Shown: positions 10,002-19,343 of the stretch, piece by piece
Numbering within the stretch: position 1 is the stretch's first letter
Layout: every line of letters begins with the position of its first letter
The notes under the pieces: model-generated
What the model was told of the DNA's origin: nothing
Seen by the model: only the letters and a program-made list of their open reading frames with translations
Databases searched by the model: none
Source of the DNA: Asterionella formosa
Lineage: Eukaryota
Length of the DNA stretch: 20,000 nt
NCBI GenBank assembly: GCA_002256025.1
Contig: NKIB01012837.1
Span: 49,802 to 69,801, forward strand
Direction: 5' to 3'
Position numbers and translations under genes: made by a program

Positions 10002-11296
10002 GGTCAACACTTTTTTACAGCAAAATGGTGACGATTCTGCCGCCTGGGTTTCGACTGAATTCTACGCTATGGATTACGAGGTGCCGATCTTTGAACCTCA
10101 ACTCGGGTAGAGTGTGTCTGTGTCGTCACAGCCATATCTCATATCTCACGTTGGAATAAGCATGTTGTCCGCCCACCATCATGTATGCCAGTAAGGACAT
10201 TTGTACCAGGGTACCAGTATCAGGTACCTGGTACCAGAAGAGGAGCGATGCATACTATTCTTACCGGTATATGATATAGTTCATGCTGAGGAGCGAAGAC
10301 GAGATCATCAGAGTGCTTAAGAATGCATACGTCATCACAAAGACCACATCGGTGGGTACCTGGTATGCCGTGTACTGGAGATAATGCACGTATAGTACAT
10401 TGTACATGGTACATGGTATCTGGTACTAGAGACTAGAGACTGCTGGTGAATACTTATTTCCCCAAGGCTTTTATATTAGACTTGTTTGTCTATCAGCTCT
10501 CAGTAGTCAAGAGCGGACTGCTTTTGGGGAATCACTTTCACATGATATTCTAAAAGATATAGCAATATCAGGTGTGCTGGCTGCCATCTGCACCCCAGCC
10601 ATTCATTGTGTTTGGTAGCCAGTCAATCAATTCAGGGAAAATTTTGTGAAAAAATAGTTCAGCATGGCACTGGCAAAATATACATTAACATCTTTGACAC
10701 ACGATGGTCCTGATCATACTCTAGAGACTGTCGAATATCCTCACCCTAGACTACTGGTACTGGCCAGTACTGGTACCAGTAGTCTGGGAGTAATGACCAG
10801 ATAATACCTGCAAATTGCAGTCATTTGTTGAAATTGATAACATGACACAGGGCAGGCACTTAAGTACTTCAAATTAAATCGAGAAGATCATCAATTCACA
10901 ACTTTGAAATCAACTGTATCGGGTCATGGCCCAAAGCAAATGTAAAAGCAAGTCTTGCTTACTTTGCTTTTTTCTCTCAAAAATAAAAATCATTCTCCTT
11001 TTCTGGTCAAAGTGATGAAAACAACCAAAAATGGACAACACTACCGGTATATCAATAAGGATTGGAATATGCATATGCCAGCTTCATCATGTGCAACAAC
11101 TACTGTTACCCCACTGCTGGATGGATTCATGCTCAGGGTAACCAAGCTAGCATGTAACTACCGTATACAATGATTCTATGTACCGGTATACTAGCTACAT
11201 AACAGGAAACGAGCATACCAGTAGTAGCCCATGCAGTGATGACCAAAAAATTGTGAAAGCATGCATACACTTCTATAGACAGTTTTCCGATAAGTT

Positions 11297-12328
11297 TTAA
11301 AAGGACCAGTTAGCCGAGAATGGAGCCATGACCTCACCAGAATAAGGCTTGACAATATCCGCCAAAAGTGGGACGGATCCAGGGATGGTTTGTGCGGAGA
11401 CAAAGCCAAAAATTCCAAGCATGGCCAAACGTCCGTTGTTGATCTCTGCGACAAGTCGTCTTGCTTTGGCATCTTCCGACATGTTCTTCGAGAACTTGAA
11501 AGGATCGTAAAGGTTGAACGGAACAGAGTGTGGGATGGCATCGAATGTTGGATATTGTCCAGGCTTTCCTCCCTTGGTGTAGTGGACTAGACCAGATGTA
11601 GTGCCCTCACCGGGTGTCAACTCGGAATACTTTCGATCAAAATGACAACATTAGAAACGGGTGGAACTGCATTTGTATTGTCAACAAGCACGTTATAAAG
11701 ACGCCATCCGAAAAACTTACCCACTCAAGGAAACCAATAAAAAGGACAATTTGAAGCTTCGAAGCCAAAGGAAGGGCATCCCACTGTTCAGGAGGTGATA
11801 GATCAATGGAAGGGAAAGGAGTTCCGTCCAAGGTCATGGCCCAAGGCCAGTGGAAGTTGGACTGAACGCAGTATCCAACAAAGGCAGCCATTGCAACGCG
11901 GCTGTGTTTGATCTCCGATTGGCGCAACCATCCAATGGTGAACTCATCAGATTTTCCCCAGAAACCGGCGTCTTTCAAAAAGGAGATTTTGCATACGTGT
12001 TAATAGACTAGTCTTCACAGATAAATGCAAAGTGAATTAACAACACAACTAGCGCAAGCAGAACTCACCAGACAAGCCAAGAGGATCGAAGTATCCGAGA
12101 ATAGGGTTTAACTTCTTTCCAAGGGCCTCAAGGTCCGACTATTTTATGCAAAGAAAGAAACAAACGAGGGTGAGAATTTGTTATGGCGGGAAATAATTTA
12201 CCCTGCTTTAGTCATTTTCAAAGCCAACATACCTTGGTCTCCGAAAGCTGAGATGCTCCACGGTTGACAGCAGCAGGAGCAAATGCAACGGCGGAGCCGA
12301 CCAACAAAGCAGCAGCAATAATCTTCAT
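11297..12328 (-). CDS. Lhcq: Fucoxanthin-chlorophyll a/c light-harvesting protein, Lhcq-like; 4 exons (12328-12233, 12138-12069, 11971-11721, 11629-11297), 249 aa
   Basis: Presequence MKIIAAALLVGSAVAFAPAA. Introns of 94, 97 and 91 nt (GTATGT..TAG, GTGAGT..AAG, GTAAGT..AAG) splice to a continuous 750-nt frame: ETK|SDLEALGKKLNPILGYFDPLGLS|DAGFWG...EIKHSRVAMAAF...FLEW|YSELTPG...EINNGRLAMLG. Subfamily is by resemblance only. Confidence 0.92.
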
Positions 12329-12648
12329 CGTCGTTTTTGTTCTATTCAATCTGGTAGAATGGGTTGTTGGGTAAAACGGTACTTGAATATCAAGGGGAAA
12401 AGAGCCGCATGATCCTCACTTTTTCATACTAACAATCAGGTTAAATTTAGTATGTCAGCCTCACTTTATAGTGTAAATACATGATAATAAGATTTCCTCA
12501 ACTAACGCTAACCCTAGTTTAGATAGATCAATTCGACTTCTGTGACTACAAAATTTTGGCGCGACAAAGAAAAGCATCGTACCGGTAGAAAATACACCGG
12601 AGTACCGGTATATACCAGGTTTGGTACCAGTAAAAACACCAGTAAAAA

Positions 12649-12860
12649 CTGCCATGACCCATTGAGTTAGGGTGTTTGTTTGACTTCTCCGACCAATGGT
12701 AAATTCTGTCGAATTTCGGACCCATCTGTTTGATAGTGTCCGAACAGCATCAATCAATCAAGCTGGACTGTCATGTTGAAATTCTAATCGAACGATTACA
12801 TCAGAAGATAGTATGATGATAATAAAACAGCTAAGAAGTGATTTCAATGGGTCATGGCAG
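12649..12860. mobile_element. MITE-like non-autonomous DNA transposon, 212 bp, 17-bp perfect terminal inverted repeats
   Basis: CTGCCATGACCCATTGA (12649-12665) and TCAATGGGTCATGGCAG (12844-12860) are exact reverse complements. The right flank is TA and the left flank is AA. The interior has no credible coding capacity. Confidence 0.8.
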
Positions 12861-12974
12861 TATATACTTTTTTCGATAAATGTAAAAAAATTTATATACA
12901 ATTTCGAGGACGGATTAGGTTATGTGTTAACGCACTTTGATTTCATTATACCTTTTTACTAAAAACACCATTTA

Positions 12975-13462
12975 CTCATGATGCCACACCTTCCACCATC
13001 ATGATGCTCCTCCAACTTTCAAGCAGTCCAATGATCAGATCATTGCGATCCCATTATCCACAGCATCACCTGCATCTTCAGCAGCATGCATCATGCTGAG
13101 GATTAGGAAGCTGGCTGTGATGCAGCAAGTGCATTTCGTGGAATCTGCTCCCCGTGATGGCAAGGGTTGATGTACCTTTGAAGCAGCTGTTGTCTTGTAT
13201 TTTGTACTGGTGCATCACCCTCACGATTATACCAAATTACAAGAGTTCTGAGTTCAGTCACATTGTATGATTCAATCAGCTTTCCAGCAGTTGCTCTCAC
13301 AGCATCAACCTTGTCCACCATTTTTTGAAATCGAATATTTGCTCGCTTTTCCTTTTCGTCTTGTGCAAGCTGTTGCAGCTATTTTCATACTAACTCCTTT
13401 TGCATGATCCCAAAGTTCTGGACCAAGCAAGTCGACAGTTACCAGCAGCAAAGTGCGTCTGC
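12975..13462 (-). pseudogene. Decayed coding relic, probably the C-terminal part of a pogo/DDE-type transposase-associated protein
   Basis: Frames can be joined: HFAAGNCRL, then a 4-bp duplication (CAAGCAAG on +, 13424-13431), then GPELWDHAK, a basic stretch, 'YNVTELRTLVIWYNREGDAPVQNTRQQLLQRY' and an acidic tail. The region is CpG-poor. The transposase assignment is from recalled resemblance to diatom repeat proteins and is unverified. Confidence 0.4.
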
Positions 13463-13679
13463 AAATAAAAACCATCATATTCCTATGATGAATCATAGGA
13501 TTATGATCATCTGATAATAAATTTTTATTATATCATCTAATAATTTTGATAATTGCCCTTGTAATTTAAATAATAACCCTTTTGACTATGAATATTTAAG
13601 TATTATATGTATTTTTTCTATTAGATTCCTGTATTTGAATTTCTTGGAAGGATAATGTCGTACCAGTAAGTAATGTGGT

Positions 13680-15618
13680 TTGGCTCATCAAAATCTTCAT
13701 TTGTCGTTCAAGTCATCATATGTCTTCGATGAATCATCATCTATGTTCGTATGCAATCCCTTAAGATCTTGAAAAGAACCTTCATTGTTGTTTGCTCGTG
13801 GAAAAGTCGGTGTCCGTGTCATCCTCATCAATAGAGGGACAGGTCTCCTTCATCATTGCAATTTGCCACTGGAAAAATTGGTACCTGTTGTATCGTCATT
13901 CGCTCATTGGAACCACTGTCCGTTGCCTCAAACCTGATTAGCGTGTGTGTACGAGCACTGTTGACTTGTGTACATTACAGGAGTGACTAGGCTACTAAAG
14001 TGCATGTTATAATGTCATACTCCATAGTAGTACAATGCAGAATACAGTTACAAATCAACATTGAATGATTGATAAGATGATAATGTGATATCATGATAGG
14101 GTTACATCAATGCATACATCACCAAAGTATGCATGATAAGTAATATTGAATAAAGTATATCACATAGCTATGATACATTGATCATAGAACTGTGATGATA
14201 TCTTAAAATGTTTATGATGTATTTTTGATCAAAATATGATCATGTTAAAATAATACAATGATATTAAAATACGATAAAATATGTACACAAGTGTTATCAA
14301 TATATCATAGAAAATAAATAAATCGATCATAAAGTATTTTACTTAATATGTAGCTATATTCGACTTTTAATGTATGCAATTCACACTGTGCCCGAAGACT
14401 GAGTTTAAATTTGGTCACACCAGATTTGTCTCCTGTTAAAAATGGTTCTCCATGGCTTGTCCTGCCTATAAAATACACCGGAGCAAGAACATCACGCCAG
14501 ACTTGGTATCCATGGCTTACCCTGTCAATGTCCTTTGATGGTGCAAAACGATAAAGCGTGAACGCCCACATAATAAAGTCATCAATATCCATATTCTGGA
14601 AGTTATATTCTGTTAGACCAGCTGGTGTGTCATGAATTATGTTAGCATTTTTAATTCAAACATATTTGATAAGAATAGTATAATCACCAACTCAAAACAT
14701 CATGCTTTCAGAGCATCTCCCACCCTGCAAGATCTTACCTAAGATTCCTTTAAACTGATTATTCAAAACATTCTGACATTCTCTCATTTTTTTAATGCAC
14801 ATGCCACCAAATGTTGATTTAATATAATCTAAACATGCCTTGTTGGTACGTTCAATGGTCTGATTCATTGGAAGTAGTGCATCAGAACCATTCCATATGA
14901 AATCGGCAAGCTCTGAGTCACTCTCCACTTCTTTGCCTAACTCCGGTTTCACTGTGTATAGCCGAATTAGGCAACATTGGGCAAACCAATCCTGTTTGTG
15001 ATTGGAAATGCCTTTCACACTACTTGGACCAAATAGGGCGGGATGTTTGATTCTCTTTTGGGACCAGAAAAAAGCACATTAGATTGATATTCTTTTTTAC
15101 AGTACCTGCAATTCACAAACTATAACTTCAAACTTACATGTTCGCAGCAAAACTTCTTGGTCTTGAAAATAAAACTCACAACCTTAGTGACAATGGATGG
15201 TTCAATTTCTGACAAGGCTGCTGAAATTGAAGATTCTTGATAACCTTGTATAAACACGACCTTTGTAGTGATTGAGTTCATTGACCAATTGATAAAATCC
15301 TTTGGCAAGTGCAAAATGTTTTTTCCTCAGTTTGTCATGTACTTGTTGGTCCGTGTGATTAGAAAATTTATGATATGGTACTATATTGTCCATCTGCATC
15401 TTGGAGTCATTAATGGTATCATCAACAGGAGCCATTTTTCTTGTATCAACAACTGAAAAAAGAATCATCGCTTTCATTATCAATTACAGGAGCCTTTGTA
15501 CTACTAGTAGCTGATGGTGTCCCCATCAACGATCAGGTAGCTAGTACCCCCACTAACTCCCTGTCGCCGATTGGGTTCCTTTGGATAATCGCAAATCGCT
15601 TTTTCTTTGTTAACTCAT
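13680..15618 (-). pseudogene. Decayed multi-exon gene of unknown family with two intact-looking introns (15137-15055, 14738-14622)
   Basis: Removing the two introns fuses three listed ORFs in frame: ...KKFCCEH|RIKHPALFGPSSVKGISN...KGIL|AGLTEYNFQNMDIDDF. The 5' part from ATG 15618 has stops and frameshifts. The 3' extent (acidic fragments at about 13.7-14.0 kb) is uncertain. Confidence 0.65.
14040..14330. repeat. AT-rich low-complexity tract built from ATGAT/ATCAT words
   Basis: Many ATGAT/ATCAT/TGATA words with very low GC and no regular period. Confidence 0.55.
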
Positions 15619-15791
15619 TTTAGTACTTGCTTCTTTGTTCTCTTGTGTTTTGTATGTACAAAAGAATCGCAAAATGGTAGCTAAATTATTACATGCTAGT
15701 GCCTACGAGGACAAAAAGAATTATAGCACGTTACTTTGTCTATGACAAGAAAATTATTGGGTGTTTGGTTCCACCTCGAGAAAAATGTACA

Positions 15792-15843
15792 GGGGGGTCC
15801 AGCAACCATAGGGGGGGGGTCCAGGACAATGAAGCATACGGTA
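15792..15843 (-). mobile_element. Candidate solitary terminal inverted repeat of a pogo/Tc1-mariner-like element
   Basis: The minus strand reads TA-CCGTATGCTTC-ATTGTCCTGGACCCCCCCCC-T-ATGGTTGCTGGACCCCCC: a TA|CCGTA start followed by a duplicated internal motif. I found no partner end in the window. Confidence 0.45.
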
Positions 15844-16520
15844 CTCTGTTTACCCCCAGTACATCACTTCCTACCTGCTTCTGGTACCTGGTACTCTGTA
15901 TACATGTGATAAAATGTTATTGTCTTATGATGTACCAGTACACATGAAGAACTCCTGCCCAGTAAAGGGGCTTAAACAATTTGCTACCAAAATCCTTGCG
16001 TATAAATAATGATACAAATGGGTTATGACTTACACAATTGAATGGTCTAAATAATTAGTTCCAACGTACGTAGAAAATATTGATGCAAACAAATTTCAGA
16101 AACAGTAGCGGTACACGAAGTCGCGGAAAACAATGGACATTTTGTGCATTGAATATATTCGAATTATCTATATGCGACTATGATGATCGCAACAATAACA
16201 GACTTGCCATATCAGAGTGCCTCAAATTTTTATATATGGACGACACTTGATATTTTTATATATTTACAAATTTTAGCCACTCGTACGGTCAACACATTCG
16301 CGCCACCCAGCCTCGAACACATGTATACTCGCAGGCATGAGACCACCTCGGGCGTGTATTGCCTTCGAACAAATTTTCCGAGTCCTATCTTCCCGATATA
16401 CCGGATACCGGTATATCTGGACCTATTTTCCATGAAAGCAATTACTTATCCAAAATAGTGGAAATAGCCCTTGTTACTTTTTCTTTGCCTGCATCTTTTC
16501 GCATAATACATCTGTATTTT

Positions 16521-17783
16521 ATGAGTTGTGAACATCGGTTTCACAATAAATCATCCTTGCTCTTTCTGCTTATTGTGATCTGCTTTTGGAATTTTTCTTG
16601 GACCATTGTTCATTCGCTGCAAGTTCTGCTAGGAAAAAATCCTGAATTCACAACTCCTATTCCTTCAGAATTTCTACGCCTTGTGATTCATGCAGGGCCA
16701 CACAAAACCGGTACAACCTCTTTCCAACGAGAAATTTTACGTTTAGCCAATGAATTGAAACAGGATAGGTTTATTGTGCCAAAGAACGAGATTCCGGGAC
16801 CTTATCAAGGAGGCGAAAAGCTTGTTGCAAATCTGGCATTCGCAATACAAGAAGACAAATCATGCATCGATCGTTTAGGCGAAATTGCGTGCGCCTCGGA
16901 GTTTCATGAGGCTCTTGAACGAGGGATACAGCTTGTTGAATCTGCTTGGAGAGGTAACTACTCTGTCCTCCTTAGCTCTGAAGAGTTTGACAAACCTTTG
17001 AACATCAGCAAATTTAAATTGTTGAAGCCTCCTTCCGGTAAAGTTGAGATTCTCTTGGTGTATAGAACACTTGGAGATTGGCTCCGATCACTGCACAGTC
17101 AGATGCTAATTCGTTACAACAAAGATCGGTACGACAAAGACAATGTATTATCCTTTGTCGAATGGCTGCGAAGCAGAATTATTCCAAATTTACCGTCCTA
17201 TGCGCATCCGTGGCAAATATCTCATGTGGCACGGCGTTTCTATAACATGAATATAACTGGAGCATCAATCAAAATATTGAAATACAAAGGAATCAATAAT
17301 ATAAGAACCCAAATTTTCTGTAACATTTTGAAGGCAAGTCATGCATGTCAACAATCATTATCAATGCCGATTGAATGGGCAAATGCAAGAATGGATTCTG
17401 ACCTCTTCTTATTGTTATTGGAGTCTGGAAAACGAGGTATAATGGAGAAAAACATTTCTGATTTCATTTCGATTTCTCGTTCAATTTCTGTAAATCAAAT
17501 TGAGGCTTATTATAATCCAAAGAAGAAAATAAGGGAACTTTCACATGATTGCCTTGAAGCTCATTTTTTGGAAATGATAAGAGCTCATGGGAAGGAGGAA
17601 ATGATACTATTAGAGAAGATGTCTGCTTCTTCTGAAGAGTTCATATGGAAAGATGATGTTCTGGATGATCATGCTATTTGCACTCCAAACATTTTTGAGG
17701 TTTTCATGGAAGATGATTGGATGCACATACTTAAGGTGCTTGATGTCGTCAAGGTAAAAGATCACTCAAATAACTTGGTTTAG
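16521..17783 (+). CDS. Type II membrane protein with P-loop sulfotransferase-like fold, 420 aa
   Basis: The first ATG of the 16359-17783 ORF is at 16521. N-terminal hydrophobic anchor 'LLFLLIVICFWNFSWTIV'; 5'-PSB-like loop 'LVIHAGPHKTGTTSFQ'; 'LLSSEEF'; 3'-PB-like 'LLVYRTLGDWLRSLHSQ'. Intronless. Confidence 0.72.
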   Translation: MSCEHRFHNKSSLLFLLIVICFWNFSWTIVHSLQVLLGKNPEFTTPIPSEFLRLVIHAGPHKTGTTSFQREILRLANELKQDRFIVPKNEIPGPYQGGEKLVANLAFAIQEDKSCIDRLGEIACASEFHEALERGIQLVESAWRGNYSVLLSSEEFDKPLNISKFKLLKPPSGKVEILLVYRTLGDWLRSLHSQMLIRYNKDRYDKDNVLSFVEWLRSRIIPNLPSYAHPWQISHVARRFYNMNITGASIKILKYKGINNIRTQIFCNILKASHACQQSLSMPIEWANARMDSDLFLLLLESGKRGIMEKNISDFISISRSISVNQIEAYYNPKKKIRELSHDCLEAHFLEMIRAHGKEEMILLEKMSASSEEFIWKDDVLDDHAICTPNIFEVFMEDDWMHILKVLDVVKVKDHSNNLV

Positions 17784-18045
17784 CCAAGATGCGTTCCTTT
17801 TGTTGAATCTGTTTTCTCGTTTCCCCTACATTAGAAAATCCTTACCAGATATGATGAATGTGGTGACGAGAATATATATATGTTTTTCGAAAGCCCTAAG
17901 TAATTATTTATTGTAAGAAATGGGTGCATCCCTAATGTACATCAGGTAGCCGCTCATACCTTCTAGTATGTTATTAATTTTGCAATGCCAAATGTTAGTG
18001 TTGCGTACATAAATGTCCATTATCTATCATCATTGTCGATGCTGA

Positions 18046-18258
18046 TTACAAACTTAAAATCAAAGCACAGCAATGAGTCAAGAACTTTCCTATCAAATTT
18101 TGAACTGCAACAGGTCCATGTACGTCACTTTGTGAGTGTATTGTATTGACTTGACAACTATCAATTGCATGGTAAGCAATCAAATATTGCCTTGCTTGTT
18201 TTGCAAATCTTCTTATTTGCATCAATGTTATCACATCTGACAACAAACATGTTCTCAA
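18046..18258 (-). pseudogene. Relic of the C-terminus of a Tc1/IS630-related DNA transposase
   Basis: 'RTCLLSDVITLMQIRRFAKQARQYLIAYH...VQNLIGKFLTHCCAL' resembles the 'R+R+F.+RAR.Y+.AY...K.HR' tail of such transposases, with several expected Arg changed to Gln/Cys as CpG decay would cause. The catalytic region is not visible. Assignment is from recalled resemblance. Confidence 0.5.
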
Positions 18259-19123
18259 TGACTAGATTGTCACCCCTTCCCCCACACAATCGCTTTGCAA
18301 CACAAGTATCGACTCAAAATGATGCATTCTTTCCAGATGCAAACTCAGGGCAGGTACAGAAACTCACACATCACCAACCACTTCCTTTCTTACAATAACC
18401 ATGCTGATACATGTCAACCAGAACATTTTCCACCAGAACCACTTTTTTGGCCTCTCTTCCTGTCTTTCCATGCATTTTCAAAATTGTTCTTGTCAGCATG
18501 GCCTTGGTGAACTTCATGTCATCTTCAACATTAAATCTCAGGTTTATCATGTGGTCACACAAGAGCTCATTTGGAATACAGGTAGCTCAAAATTAACTGA
18601 GAATACATGCCCTTGCAGATCCATCAACTCATTCTTTAAATCCAGATGGTTGAGATGCTCGAGCCGGAGTTTGATCCACAAGATCGCAATAAGGTTCAAA
18701 GAAAAGCAATGGTCACAGTGATGGCCAATGAAATTGGAAAACAACAAGCGTTATTGCGTGCTATTTTATATTTTAGAAGGGTTAGGGTTATCCTGTTGGT
18801 GTTTGCTGGTCTTTTGGTGGCTGTGCTGTGTTAAACTCCTTACACCAGTGGCAGTACACGTTTTTACACGCTGTATGCTATAGTCTTTCTCTTAGACAAG
18901 TCAAATGTAGACAGCAACGTTTTGCTTCCTTATTTTATTGTGAGCTTATAAAACTAGAAATCGATTTACAATCGATTCAACTCCACTTATTTCAGATCAG
19001 TTGGATCTTGGATCTTTTGTCCAAACTTTCATACAGATAACCAAGTAATGATAATGATCTGTTCCTGATCATTCAATCATTCTTTTACTTCATAACACAT
19101 ATAGAATATTGTTTTACTTACAT

Positions 19124-19343
19124 TGTCGGCAGCTCCAATGGCGACGACATGCCTGTGAACAGTTCATTACATAGAACATTTAACTTTCCAAATATTCCAT
19201 CCCATCTTATTAATTGTATGTTCGTCTTCATTAACATTAGTTCAAATATTTCTCACCGGAAACAGTTTCTCTGTATAATATTGACGACGTGTACATTGAT
19301 GGAATGCTGTTAACCCTAACTCAAATCATCCTAGATTTTGTCA
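19124..19343 (-). repeat. Putative 3' LTR of the copia element (220 bp, TG...CA)
   Basis: On the minus strand a purine run GAGGAAAG (PPT-like) is followed directly by TGACAAAA at 19343. A candidate end GCCGACA lies at 19124. The end point is a guess without the 5' LTR. Confidence 0.4.

Noticed and set aside
9825..10010. 61-aa ORF as an independent gene
   Set aside because: It is exon 1 of the Lhcr gene read through into the intron.
10921..10934. GGGTCATGGC match to the MITE TIR
   Set aside because: Only 10 bp match, the terminal AG is missing, there is no partner, and a similar word occurs inside the Lhcq coding sequence.
1..12328. Dicer, NTT, hemW and Lhc genes as a functional cluster or defence island
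   Set aside because: Orientations are mixed and functions unrelated. Adjacency is expected in compact diatom genomes and nothing in the sequence links them.
12461..12757. 98-aa ORF upstream of Lhcq
   Set aside because: It runs across the MITE end and the micro-repeat tract and has no protein-like features.
16359..16520. N-terminal 54 codons of the listed 474-aa ORF
   Set aside because: It begins at TTG in a eukaryote and crosses a palindromic upstream motif. The first ATG at 16521 gives a sensible membrane-anchored protein.
7072..19320. Scattered TAACCCTA/TTAGGG words as interstitial telomere or telomere-targeting element
   Set aside because: Never more than about two units together, so chance or isolated telo-box-like motifs cannot be excluded.
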